Below, piece by piece: positions 14,490-27,065 of a stretch of DNA of 64,000 nt. How positions within the stretch are numbered: the first letter of the stretch is position 1; every line of letters begins with the position of its first letter. The notes under the pieces are model-generated. The model saw only the letters and a list, made by a program, of their open reading frames with translations, searched no databases and was not told the DNA's origin. Both the position numbers and the translations under genes were made by a program. Origin of the DNA: Octopus bimaculoides (lineage: Eukaryota); assembly GCF_001194135.2 (NCBI RefSeq), contig NC_068981.1, positions 86,659,007 to 86,723,006 of the forward strand, written 5' to 3'.

Positions 14490-14930
14490 TGTCCATCTTT
14501 ACATTCTGAGTTCAAATTCCGTTGGGGTTGACTTTGCCTTTCAACCTTTCATGGTCAATAAAATAAGTATCAGTTGAGTACTGGGGTTGAAGTAATCAAC
14601 TTACCCACTTCCTCGAAATTGCTGGCCTTGTGCCAAAATTTGAAATTATTATTATTATTATCATTGTTCAACATTTACTAGTTTCAGGCAAATTTCTACT
14701 GCATCACCTGCTATACCTGTGTGTTGCTGGGATGCGTGCAGCATTGTGTGTTTTTCTTTGTTGTTGGGAGTGTGAAAACACTTCTTCGTATTGTATTGCA
14801 TCAGTTTTTTGTTGTTGTTATCCTCATCATCATGCTTTCAGAGCCAATGAAATAAGTACCAGTTGAGCACTTTGGTCAATGTAATTGACTATCTCCCTCC
14901 CACAAAATTTCAGGCCTTGTACCTATAATA
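14490..14930 (+). mobile_element. two partial SINE family B copies
   Basis: TTCTGAGTTCAAATTCC...GCCTTGTGCCAAAATTTGAAA at 14490-14650; AAATAAGTACCAGTTGAGCAC...TCAGGCCTTGT at 14830-14930. Confidence 0.75.
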
Positions 14931-15519
14931 ATTATCATCATAATCATTATTACTGTTATAATTATTAAGACTAATAATACAGCTAAAAAGGAATAACAAT
15001 AATAATAAACAATACTAGTTAATGTTTCTAACACAGCAGGTAACAGCAACATCATCATTATAGCAATGGTAGTAAACACACCTGGAGTAATGGCAATGGA
15101 AGTGACATCAATACCTATACTAAACGTTATACTAGTGCAAAGGGAGATAAGGTTGATGATAAGCATAATAATTACAACAATGGCAATAATAATAATAGGG
15201 GAAATAAATATGCTATGCTAAATTAAATAATGGATTACAGGAAATGATGCATTAAAGGACTGTATGAGAAAGAATGGTTAAAGACATGGTAAAACCTGAG
15301 TGATGAAAGTATTAACAAATAATAATAATGATAAGTATTTGGGAAAATAGTTACAAAAGAATAAAGGGATAATCAGAAGGTAGTAGAGTGGGTATGTAGA
15401 AAAGAATATACATAAACTAAAGATACAGAATTGAGATAAAAAAAAAAAGGATAAAAATTTATGCAGAAGATTAAGAAATGAATAAATGACAAGAAATCTG
15501 TTTATAATTAAGATAGAGT

Positions 15520-16130
15520 TGTAATGGGCAGCAACAAACAATTCAGAAGCAATCTGGGTTTAATTGGTTTAAAGTGACGATATCTCCTAAGAATCTTAGT
15601 TATAAAAGAGGAAAATTTTCTGATAGTTTGACTTCTGACTGTACAAACATTTAAGGGTTTCATGCCACAAGAAGATTTTGCTTTCTTCAGGAATTTAACT
15701 GAACTGGAATGGTAGTGAATTGGTTTTAATTTCTTAGATGTATGCAGCTTGTGACATTTAGTTATATTGAGACTTCTAAAAGTGTGTTTATGTAAATTGA
15801 ATCTTATTTTAAATGGGGTTTATGAATTTATATCATTGCATGCTTCCATGGTAGTTTGTTTTCACATTACATTGGTAAATAATGTCATTTGCTTGTTACT
15901 GCAAGAATTGAGTGCAGTGTTTAGTGTGGGAATTAAGGAGTTGGAAACACCATTTGCACTATTATCCATTCTCTGGTCAAGTGTTTCCTCCTACATTTGT
16001 TTACTTGCAATATCCCAACAAAACATTAATGGTAATAATCTCAGTTGTCTAGGAGAGCCTGTGAAGTTTTGGGAACTAGCCCTTCCCCCAGATTTAGCCA
16101 CTCAAAAAAGGAAAATAGATGTGGTGTTTA
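15520..16130 (-). mobile_element. degraded Penelope-like element (Poseidon-type) GIY-YIG region
   Basis: frameshifted FPKLHRL, NDIIYQCNVKT and FKIRFNLHKHTFR; same motif order as the 28-29 kb copy. Confidence 0.55.
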
Positions 16131-16611
16131 TGGTCTGCTTATAACATTAGGTATATTTTCCAAGTAATTTCTTTTCAAAGATTAATAAAATGTACAAATA
16201 TGAGATCTGTATATACTATAAGCACAGAAATTTGATGGAAAAAAGAACAGGGCAATGGATACAATGAAGATACTAATACTAATAATTTTCAGTGAAGGAG
16301 AAGTAGTGAGAGTAATAGCCCTGATTGAGAGGAGGTGAGAAAAAGTAATAGCAATGAGTGAAAGGGGTGATAGATGAATAAAGAAGGAAGGAGTGAAAAA
16401 AAATCAGCATTTCAACTCTATGTGAGTATATGTATGTATGTGTGTGCACATACAAGGGAAGTATGTGAATGTTTGTATGCGTGAATATTATGTACCTTAT
16501 TTATATATAAAATATTACAATTAGCTGTTATTATTGACAGCACGTGGTCAGCTAATACATTCATATTGAGTAATAAATGATAGAAGCAATTCTATGAGTT
16601 AAGGACTAGAG

Positions 16612-16870
16612 CAGTGGTTCCCATTTTTTCAGGCTGCCACCCCCTTGGAACTCAGGCTACATTTGTAGCGCATGCCCCCGCCCACCAACATAGACCACTT
16701 TCTGCAGCAATTTCAAAACAACTGCATTTCACAAATAAAACTTAATTAATCTGTTACTTAGGTTTTTTTTACATCCATTGCTCTCTTTTGGCCACCCCAT
16801 TATTACTCAAGTTTTCTTCAGCGTTCCACCACCCCCAAGGGGGAAGTACTGCCCACTTTGGGAACCACTG
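16612..16870. mobile_element. hAT (Charlie-type) MITE, 259 bp
   Basis: perfect 12-bp TIR CAGTGGTTCCCA/TGGGAACCACTG; 8-bp TSD GACTAGAG (16604-16611) / GTCTAGAG (16871-16878), fitting the Charlie NTCTAGAN target. Confidence 0.88.
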
Positions 16871-19024
16871 GTCTAGAGTGAAAGGACACTAATAAGGCAG
16901 AAGCAAGTGGATGGCAAGGTAAGAGTGAATGGTGACTGTTAAAAGTTGAAAGGGATTGATAACAGATTTCAGAATGTTACAGGTCTTGATATAAGCTGGA
17001 TATTTTTTTGGCAGGGGTGAATCTGGTCAGCAGCGTTGTTTATGGGGGAGAGAATAAAAAAAAGTGATGATAAAGAAGAAAGCTGAGAAAGATGGGAGGG
17101 AAAAGGAGGAGAGAATGAAATAAAGATAGAAAGGAAAATAAATTAAGTGGAATATGAAAGAAGAGTTAGGTTAAGAAAAAACCAGTGATGATTACAAATG
17201 TAAGATAGAAATAGAAATACAAACAGAAATGGATGAAGATTGAAGTTATAGGTATTGTTCCTATGCTACTGATGACGTTTGAAAAAGCTGTTGAAAAACT
17301 ATAAGGGTAATAAAAAAATGAATGATAAAAATGTCTGTACAATGTAGAAGTAGAAAGTGATAGGGAGGTGATAGCTGGTTAAAAGTAAATTTTAAAGGTT
17401 AAAAGGTGAATGAATTTAAAAGAATTTAAGAGGTAAAAGGTTAAGGGAAGTAGCAGGTATTGTAAGACAGAATAGAGAAGTTAAGTCATGTAAAGTGCTT
17501 ATTATAACTAGGTGATATAACGAGTGGGGTGTGAACGGGCAGTAGTGTTGTTTATAGAAGAAGGAATGGAAAAAAAAAGCAAGATAACAAAGGGAAGGGG
17601 AGGAGGAGGAGGAGAAGAATAAAAAGATGCACAATAAGAAGAGAAGAAAAAGAAAGCATTAAGATAAAGAAAATAAGATAAGGAAAGTAAAATATGGGAA
17701 GACAGTTGGGTCAGAAATTGGTATGGAAAGCCGTTGAGGTAAGAAGATATATTAGGAAAAGTATGAAATATAAAGAAAGTAGGATAAGTTAGATTGGAAA
17801 AGTAAGGTTTAATTGACAGTGAAGCAATGCTCTGAGGAAATTATAAAAGTGGTGTGGTGGAAAGGAGACCAATAATAATGAAAACATGAAGAGGATCAAT
17901 GATATTAGAGAGCATAGATGATGTTATAACAAAAATTGAACAAGTGAAAAAGAAAAGAAATCAGACAATAATCGTGTAAAAAACATGATTGTGCAAAAAA
18001 AGGTTACAGTAAAAATAGTTGTAAGGAATAAGGATGAAAGTGGTACAATGTTGATAGGGGTCGGGTGTAGGAGATGTATAGTGAGCCTGTGAAGGGTGTG
18101 AAGAGAGTATATGGACTAATGCATAGAATAAGTGTTAGCGAGATGTATGTTATTAGGAGTAGTGAACTGAATAGAAGCTCTTATATGTTTTAAATGTTTT
18201 GTCGTTGCAGGGAAACAAAACCTTGGATAGTGTATTTAGTAGAGGAACCTTTCCTTGAATGATTTCAAAAAGCTTCTGTGAGGCATAGCACTCATGTCTT
18301 CCTATTATAAGAGCAGAATATGGCTCTAGTGACTATCATCCTTTATATATATANNNNNNNNNNNNNNNNNNNNNNNNNNNNNNNNNNNNNNNNNNNNNNN
18401 NNNNNNNNNNNNNNNNNNNNNNNNNNNNNNNNNNNNNNNNNNNNNNNNNNNNNNNNNNNNNNNNNNNNNNNNNNNNNNNNNNNNNNNNNNNNNNNNNNNN
18501 NNNNNNNNNNNNNNNNNNNNNNNNNNNNNNNNNNNNNNNNNNNNNNNNNNNNNNNNNNNNNNNNNNNNNNNNNNNNNNNNNNNNNNNNNNNNNNNNNNNN
18601 NNNNNNNNNNNNNNNNNNNNNNNNNNNNNNNNNNNNNNNNNNNNNNNNNNNNNNNNNNNNNNNNNNNNNNNNNNNNNNNNNNNNNNNNNNNNNNNNNNNN
18701 NNNNNNNNNNNNNNNNNNNNNNNNNNNNNNNNNNNNNNNNNNNNNNNNNNNNNNNNNNNNNNNNNNNNNNNNNNNNNNNNNNNNNNNNNNNNNNNNNNNN
18801 NNNNNNNNNNNNNNNNNNNNNNNNNNNNNNNNNNNNNNNNNNNNNNNNNNNNNNNNNNNNNNNNNATATGTGTATGTGTGTGTGTGTGTGTGTGTGACAG
18901 GCTTCTTCCAGTTTCATTCTACCAAATCCATTCACAAGGCTTGGTAGTGGGACTGAACTCAGAACCATGTGGTTGGAAAGCAAGCTTCTTACCACATATA
19001 TATGCATCTATTCTTCTCCATTTG

Positions 19025-19483
19025 TGTGGATGACATCCTAATGCTCACTTTCTCTCATGAGGAGGGTGTCATTATACATGGGAAATACAATAACACTGAT
19101 GACCATCTAAAATTCAAGATTGAACACACTGACAAATTTGAATTCCTGTCTTTGCTTGATTTCTAACTAAGGGTTACAAAGAAGGGCTTCATTTAAACCA
19201 ACTTTTATAAGACAGTGGCCAAGAAGAACCTGTACACTATGAATTGGCCCTTCCCATCAGAGCCAATGTTACCTCTGGACAAAAAAAAAAAAAGGAATAA
19301 AATTTATGTATAGGCAGGCATGTCTGTGTGGTAAAAAAACTTGCTTCCCAATCATGATTTCATATTCAATCCCACTGCATGGCACCTTGGGTAAGTGTCT
19401 TCTACTCTAACCTCGGGCCAACAAAGCCTTGTGAGTGAATATTTGGTAGATGGAAACTGAAAGAAGCCCACTGAGTATATATA

Positions 19484-19553
<70 letters not shown>

Positions 19554-20400
19554 TAAATATATGTATATGTATGTATATATATATCTATGTGTGTGTGTCT
19601 TTGACTGTGTTCATTGTCCACCACTGCTTGACAACTGGTGTTGGTGTATTTGTGTCTCTTTAACTTAGCAGTTCAGCAAGAGAGATCAATAGATCTCCAC
19701 CATGGTGGCCACATTCTAATGAGTGAAACAAGTAAAAGTTAAAAGATAAAAGATAAAACAACTGGTGCAGTGAAGCAGCAAACAATATCATCAATGCTAA
19801 ACAGCTCCACAAAACCCAGCTAGACAATAATTAACCACTGTCTTTTGCAATAGTATATCAAATCAATAATGTTAATCTTCCCAAGGACAATATGCACTTC
19901 TTAAACCTATTGCTACAATCCATCAAGTGATTTGCAGGGAAGGGCGGAACGTAGAGATGGTGCACTCAAGTCCATCTTTGAGGAAGTTCTTGTCTAGGAA
20001 TTGATCTGCTTAGCGTAATGAGAAGTGCACATTGTCCATTTTAAACATGTGCTTGAGGACCTACATTATATATGAAGTGGTCTGCAGTAAATGTAGTGCA
20101 TCCTATATCAAGAGCACCATCAGAAAGCTGCACATCCATATCAAAGAACAAGTTCATACAAACTCTTGCAAACATCTGCTGAAATACCAGTCCCATGAAG
20201 CACAATATAAGTGGCAATCTTAGAAACAAGGAAGCTATCTTAATAAATTTAAACCATCATTAAATAACAGACAAGAACTACATAAGGCAGACTAGTTATT
20301 ATAACAACACTAGTCTGCACATGTCCCATATATCTCTCATATATCTGAGGAAAGATGATAGCTCTATGTCATCTCCCGTTTCTTCACATATCCTGATGAA
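19025..20400 (+). mobile_element. degraded Penelope-like element (RT C-terminus + GIY-YIG), interrupted by a SINE
   Basis: VDDILML...LKFKIEH...LSLLDF...NFYKTVAKKNL; IIYEVVCSKCSASYI; EAILINKFKPSLN. Confidence 0.7.
19315..19745 (+). mobile_element. SINE family A inserted in the PLE
   Basis: head, CORE-like CACCTTGGGTAAGTGTCTTC, (TA)(CA) middle and GAAACAAGTAAAAG tail. Confidence 0.8.
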
Positions 20401-20584
20401 GAGATTTTAACCCCTAAATATTTCAAGGAATACAATAACTTTCATTCTGACTTTACTTCTGTACCATTTTGCATTGTGTTGGCCTCTTAATTTAGTTAAA
20501 TATCCCAATGCTTCATCAAGACTACTCTATTCTAATATGCATATAAGATATATAAACATATAGATATGTACAGACATGTGTGTA

Positions 20585-20628
<44 letters not shown>

Positions 20629-21674
20629 TTTATAGTTGTGGAAAATATGCCCAAAGTAACACTGGAGGTTGGTGCAAACCTACAGCTTGCAGGATCCTAT
20701 TAAACCGTCCAGTCCATACCAGCATAAATAACAGATGTTAAATGATGATCACACATGCATGTATATATGCCCTATTATGGTCCCCAAAGATGCATCTTCT
20801 TAGTGATCTTCAAACCATTGGTCACTGATAATCTGGAGTTACCACCCTAGCCACGGCTGGTCGTTGCACAGATTTAGGGTGTATAATTTTATTTTGTATT
20901 AAATGTATTATCACTGTGGTTTACTATTTCAAGGCTATATTTACACTACAAAGTCATGCTCGACACGTTAACTGATATGTAACCTGACCTCACTAAACTG
21001 TTCATCTTGCCATATGGCAACTGTTGTCACTCTTATATGCATGTAATGTGTGTGTGTGTGTGTGTCCATTCGTGTGTGCGCGCGTGTGTGTGTGTGACTA
21101 CATCGGTATGTTAGATATATATAAGGCCTTCATCTTTTCTTTCACTTGCTTCAGTCTTGGGACTGTGGCCATTCTGAGATGCTGCCTTCAAAGGTTCAGT
21201 GGAACAAATCAGCCCCAATACTTTTTTTTGTATGTTTGGTACTTAGTCTGTCATTCTCTTATGTTGAACCACTGTTACATGGACACAAACAAATCAACAC
21301 TGGCTGTCATGTATCAAAGTGGGAGACAGAAATACAAAGGTAAATACACACACATTTATATGATGATATAGACATCAATTAAATAAAATTATGAATTAAA
21401 TATATACATATCATATATATCATCATCATCATCATCATCATCGTTTAACGTCCGCTTTCCATGCTAGCATGGGTTGGACGATTTGACTGAGGACTGGTGA
21501 AACCGGATGGCAACACCAGGCTCCAATCTATATATTTATCGTAAATATGTATATATAATATATATTACAATGTGTGTGCATATGCATAATATATACGTCA
21601 AATATATACATACATTTATATTCACTATAAATACTTATTTTAGTATAGATACATTATATATACAAATATATTAC

Positions 21675-21725
<51 letters not shown>

Positions 21726-21899
21726 AGTGAGTAAACATATGAAAGACAGGAACACTTAATACATTTGATTGGGGCCACGTGCACTCAACAAACAGTTTGA
21801 CTCAGCTACTCACTGCTTAAAATTTCATATGTGCCTGGTACACATCCATCTCATCAAATGTTCAAAAACAGAGACTTTGAAAGGAATTTAAAATGGCTT

Positions 21900-22400
21900 T
21901 TAGGGACTTAGGCCTCAATTGGTGAGTTGCAACCAGGTGGTTGTTATGCAACATCAGCTATTTTCGTTATTTTTGGTCCATGTTATGCTGAAAAGATATT
22001 GGCAGGATACGGGCACCATTTTTTATATCAGGCTGCGCAGTTTGGTATATTCAGTGACATTAATTTCTTTGACTGGGTATCAGGCATTTTTGGCCAAATT
22101 AACAGCAGCAGTCATTACATGGTAGCAACTGATGACAGTGACCAATATGAGTAGGCTGCAGTGATTGTATACTCTGCCTTTGTGTGCAGGTCAGCAAGGT
22201 GGTATATCAGGGATATTGGCAGCCAAAGGGTTGATGTTCATTAACAGAGCATACCTCTGGTAGTAACAATGACTGTTTATTTTTCCTGTTGATGGATGCT
22301 GTGGGCTAATGGAGAATGTGGAATTTCTCACAAAGGCAATGCTAGCGACTAATATCCAAGTGAGTACAAAGAGGCCATGTCAAGGACACTCTATTTGATG
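21900..22400 (+). mobile_element. old RTE-clade LINE RT fragment
   Basis: frameshifted LQPGGC / LFSLFLVHVMLKR..FYIRLRS / ATDD / VDG..LMENVEF, in the order of RTE QGC, FADD and thumb motifs. Confidence 0.45.
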
Positions 22401-22613
22401 TTGTGTAAGTGAATCATTTTGATGGTTCTAGAATCTACAGATGAAGCAGGAAAGAGAGGTGATGTTTCCCCTATCCAAATACCTAAAGGAGTGCATGTGT
22501 TATGTATATTTTATCTTAAGTTTACTTGTTGTTATACCAGTGTAGTGCCTTGCAATGCCATCAGATGGGGTATATACAAACATATATATGCAAGTAAATG
22601 TGTGTACATATAT

Positions 22614-22732
22614 GTTGTAATAATGAAGTCAAACCAAAGAGTGATATTTTGAAACCATTTAATACATATACTTTTTGCTTAATATATAATAGGAAATGCA
22701 TCGATTATGTAAACCTTCCTCAGTTAAAGCTT
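22614..22732 (-). mobile_element. 5'-truncated copy of the hammerhead-bearing element at 33.1-33.3 kb
   Basis: about 115 bp alignable in inverted orientation with 33175-33292; TTTAA CTGAGGA AGGTTT ... GTA TTAAA. Confidence 0.7.
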
Positions 22733-23849
22733 TACACACACACACATGCACATTATATATATATATATATATNNNNNNNNNNNNNNNNNNNNNNNNNNNN
22801 NNNNNNNNNNNNNNNNNNNNNNNNNNNNNNNNNNNNNNNNNNNNNNNNNNNNNNNNNNNNNNNNNNNNNNNNNNNNNNNNNNNNNNNNNNNNNNNNNNNN
22901 NNNNNNNNNNNNNNNNNNNNNNNNNNNNNNNNNNNNNNNNNNNNNNNNNNNNNNNNNNNNNNNNNNNNNNNNNNNNNNNNNNNNNNNNNNNNNNNNNNNN
23001 NNNNNNNNNNNNNNNNNNNNNNNNNNNNNNNNNNNNNNNNNNNNNNNNNNNNNNNNNNNNNNNNNNNNNNNNNNNNNNNNNNNNNNNNNNNNNNNNNNNN
23101 NNNNNNNNNNNNNNNNNNNNNNNNNNNNNNNNNNNNNNNNNNNNNNNNNNNNNNNNNNNNNNNNNNNNNNNNNNNNNNNNNNNNNNNNNNNNNNNNNNNN
23201 NNNNNNNNNNNNNNNNNNNNNNNNNNNNNNNNNNNNNNNNNNNNNNNNNNNNNNNNNNNNNNNNNNNNNNNNNNNNNNNNNNNNNNNNNNNNNNNCCCCC
23301 GACCTCTGTATTCCACCCACATGTAACAAGAAAACTTTTCACACACCCTACCCCAACAAACCAATCTACATTTCTACATCTCTTCTTTCCTTCACATTTC
23401 CTCCTTCATTCACTACGCTTAGCTCTCACTCCCCAATCCTGTCCTCATGGCCTTGTTCCTCTGTATCATTGCTATCCAGTAGCCCCTCCACACTCTATAT
23501 ATATCAAGGTTTTCGCCATTTGCTCACCTCCCCCCTCCACGCACTCTAATCACACTTCTTTTTCAATATCCTGCTACTTATATTATGACGTTCAAACATC
23601 AAGGGTATGCCCTGGTACTTGCCACCATCTTATATCTCTCTCTTTTCCTTTACTCAACCATCCCATTTATATTCTGATCCCTCTCTCGTGTGAGTATGCC
23701 CGGCACTTTGCCACCATCTCTATCCTGCTGTCTCCCATTCTCTCTCTCCTTCTCCTGCACTTCCTTCAGGTTGGGTAGAATGAAAACAGAAGAAGGAGTG
23801 CTGCTGCAAAGGGTCTCCTTTGTGGCAGCACTCTTGTTTCTGTCTTCAT

Positions 23850-23882
<33 letters not shown>

Positions 23883-23999
23883 CTAGTCAGGTAACCTTAT
23901 ACCTCCTCTACAGCAAGACACCCATTTCTGTCTCACTATAACCTTTCATCATCTGACACAAGATTACCTCCTCCAATGCTCCCCCACCCAAAGATTTTT

Positions 24000-24312
24000 G
24001 TCTTGCAAGTTACTTGGTCACCCTGTTAGTGCAGGTGCCACTTAAAAAGCATCCAGTCCACACTATAAAGTGGTTGGCATTTAGAAGGGGATCCAACCAT
24101 AGAAACCTTGCCAAAACTGACCTTGCCTGTGCTTGTACCATGTAAAAAACACTAAGTTCATTTTGCAGAGTGGTTGGTATTAATCCAGCTCTAAAATTCC
24201 TGCCAAAACAGTCATATAAGTCTGGTGCAGGTTCTTGCCTGGCCGGCTCCTATCAAACCGTCCCACCCATGCCAGTATGGAAAGTGGACATTAAACAATG
24301 ATGATGATGATG
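24000..24312 (+). mobile_element. SINE family C ((GAT)n tail, RTE-related)
   Basis: GTGGTTGGCATTTAGAAGGGGATCCA and CCGTCCCACCCATGCCAGTATGGAAAGTGGACATTAAACAATGATGATG; related copies at 20.7, 21.4, 31.0, 38.2 and 42.9 kb. Confidence 0.7.
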
Positions 24313-24381
<69 letters not shown>

Positions 24382-24629
24382 GAACAGGAAGAGTATAGGT
24401 CACTGATGATCTAAACCAATAAGTACACTGCGTAAGTGCTGTAATTGATAATTTATTAGGATCCAGGTTCACAACGGAGGCTGCAGCTAGGAATTTGTGG
24501 CAGGCTTCCGAGTCGGCAGGGATAAATTAAGGGAAAACAAAACCAAGGTTGGACAAGCTTATCAGACTAATTGGAATATTTTAATTAAAGTAAAAGTGAA
24601 TGAAAGTAAAGAAAAGTAGAAGTAAATAA

Positions 24630-24729
24630 TGTTTTGCAGCTGTTTCTGGAATATCCCAGGTATTGGATCAATATGTTTCAATATGTTGATCAACATCCCC
24701 ATACAAGGGGTAGTCCATCATCAGAAACA
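24630..24729 (-). ncRNA. type I hammerhead ribozyme motif, probably inactivated (GCA instead of GUH)
   Basis: stem I TGTTT/AAACA, CTGATGA, stem II TGGA/TCCA enclosing 63 nt, GAAAC-AGCT-GCA. Confidence 0.65.
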
Positions 24730-24903
24730 AGGTGTGTGTGTAGGAAAGTTCTAGACAGAAAATTTAAAGTAGATAGAAGTATAAAATTCATAGTTTGTCT
24801 TGTTCTGGAGGGTATGGGACTTTATCCATATTTCCATGAAGGTGTACTTCTTTATGTATAATCCCAGGTAAATCTAAGCAGTGGATTGTATATATATATA
24901 TAA

Positions 24904-24943
<40 letters not shown>

Positions 24944-25350
24944 ATATTTATATATATGTGTGTGTGTGCATACATATGTATATGTATATATGTGTGTGTG
25001 TGTATATATATGTATATATATATGTATATATAAAATTTAAATAATGATAACGGTGATAAATTGGATATTAATTTGATTAACACCAATTTAAAACCAGTGG
25101 TCTAGCATAAAGAAAATTCTGAAAATTCAGAAAAATTATATAACATACAAGTGAGAAGGGATGACCACTAAATGGACATCCTTTATGCTAGAAATGGACC
25201 ATCAACGGTCAAACCACAAAAGAAAAAAATTTAACGCACCAGAGCTGAGACTTTTGAAAATATCTCCAATGTAATCGGTAGAACTGTACACATGTCTAAT
25301 TTTATGTGGACAATCCGAGTATTGTTCTGAAAATTATACTGTATCGAACG

Positions 25351-25429
25351 GTCGTATTGATGAGCCTCGGGTGGGTTATGTAAGTAAAAATTACATTAAT
25401 CCATTAATGCGCGAAACCTGGTCTACGAT
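25351..25429 (+). ncRNA. type I hammerhead ribozyme motif at a PLE-like terminus
   Basis: stem I GTCGTA/TACGAT, TTGATGA core, GC/GC stem II with inner hairpin ATGTAA/TTACAT, GAAAC-CTG-GTC. Confidence 0.7.
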
Positions 25430-25639
25430 TAATTATATACACACACACACACATGTATGTATGTATGTATGTATGTATATGATGGGTATCTTTCAGTTTC
25501 TCTCAACTAAATCCATTCACAAGGCTTTGGTCAGCCCAGTGCTGTAATGGAAGACATTTACCCAAATTGCTCAGAGTGCCATAGAGCAGGACTGAACTCA
25601 ATACCACATGGTTGGGAAGCAACCTTCTTAACCAACAGC

Positions 25640-25676
<37 letters not shown>

Positions 25677-26671
25677 NNNNNNNNNNNNNNNNNNNNNNNN
25701 NNNNNNNNNNNNNNNNNNNNNNNNNNNNNNNNNNNNNNNNNNNNNNNNNNNNNNNNNNNNNNNNNNNNNNNNNNNNNNNNNNNNNNNNNNNNNNNNNNNN
25801 NNNNNNNNNNNNNNNNNNNNNNNNNNNNNNNNNNNNNNNNNNNNNNNNNNNNNNNNNNNNNNNNNNNNNNNNNNNNNNNNNNNNNNNNNNNNNNNNNNNN
25901 NNNNNNNNNNNNNNNNNNNNNNNNNNNNNNNNNNNNNNNNNNNNNNNNNNNNNNNNNNNNNNNNNNNNNNNNNNNNNNNNNNNNNNNNNNNNNNNNNNNN
26001 NNNNNNNNNNNNNNNNNNNNNNNNNNNNNNNNNNNNNNNNNNNNNNNNNNNNNNNNNNNNNNNNNNNNNNNNNNNNNNNNNNNNNNNNNNNNNNNNNNNN
26101 NNNNNNNNNNNNNNNNNNNNNNNNNNNNNNNNNNNNNNNNNNNNNNNNNNNNNNNNNNNNNNNNNNNNNNNNNNNNNNNNNNNNNNNNNNNNNNNNNNNN
26201 NNNNNNNNNNNNNNNNNNNNNNNNNNNNNNNNNNNNNNNNNNNNNNNNNNNNNNNNNNNNNNNNNNNNNNNNNNNNNNNNNNNNNNNNNNNNNNNNNNNN
26301 NNNNNNNNNNNNNNNNNNNNNNNNNNNNNNNNNNNNNNNNNNNNNNNNNNNNNNNNNNNNNNNNNNNNNNNNNNNNNNNNNNNNNNNNNNNNNNNNNNNN
26401 NNNNNNNNNNNNNNNNNNNNNNNNNGTATATATATGTAAAAATATATGTAAATATATACATAGCTACATATGTATATAAATATATGTAAACAGAAATCTA
26501 ATTATAAGTATAGATGTAAATATATGAATATACATACATATATGCATACAATATATATATGTAAATATGAATATTCTTATAGATATAAACTTCTATCTTT
26601 TATCTTATATTTGTTCAGTCTGTATCTATGGCCATGCTGGTGCACTGTCATTGGTATTGCTAAACTCTTAC

Positions 26672-26703
26672 TAATCCTGCTTTTGATGCCAACTAATTTA
26701 ACA
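26672..26703 (-). CDS. candidate 32-nt internal coding exon (A)VKLVGIKSRI
   Basis: strong acceptor CACTTTTCATCTTCTTTCTAG|, donor |GTAAGA; phase 2 start matches the upstream 79-nt exon across a 164-nt GT-AG intron. Confidence 0.5.
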
Positions 26704-26867
26704 CTAGAAAGAAGATGAAAAGTGCACTATCGCCAGTTGAAGTTTCAATTATATTCTTTAATAAAAAATTTCAGTGTAATGGCCAGAACAATAGAACATC
26801 GTGTTCAATGGTTTTCTCATTTTGTTTTATCCTCTTTACATTTTGAGTACAAAACCTTACTGCTTAC

Positions 26868-26946
26868 GCCTTGTTAATTTTGCCTATTATCGATTCCAAG
26901 TTAGTACTTTCCACATACTGGAGTGAATTTAATAGACGCCACTCCT
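26868..26946 (-). CDS. candidate 79-nt internal coding exon (E)EWRLLNSLQYVESTNLESIIGKINK(A)
   Basis: long polypyrimidine tract + TAG acceptor, GGC|GTAAGC donor, a single open frame, CpGs retained in CpG-poor surroundings. Confidence 0.55.
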
Positions 26947-26995
26947 CTATATATATAAAGAAAGATAAAGTAAGGACGAAAGAAAGATACATACA

Positions 26996-27065
<70 letters not shown>

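Noticed and set aside
20380-20430. CTGATGAAGAG at the end of the 19-20 kb PLE
   Set aside because: Plausible position, but the GAAA and NUH elements cannot be placed
21814-21874. Minus-strand 61-nt segment with good acceptor and GTGAGT donor
   Set aside because: Stops in all three frames; no grounds to invoke selenocysteine
22391-22482. Minus-strand acceptor with a phase-compatible frame SIWIGETSPLFP...
   Set aside because: No good donor before the stop, and it overlaps an RTE remnant; left out of the gene model
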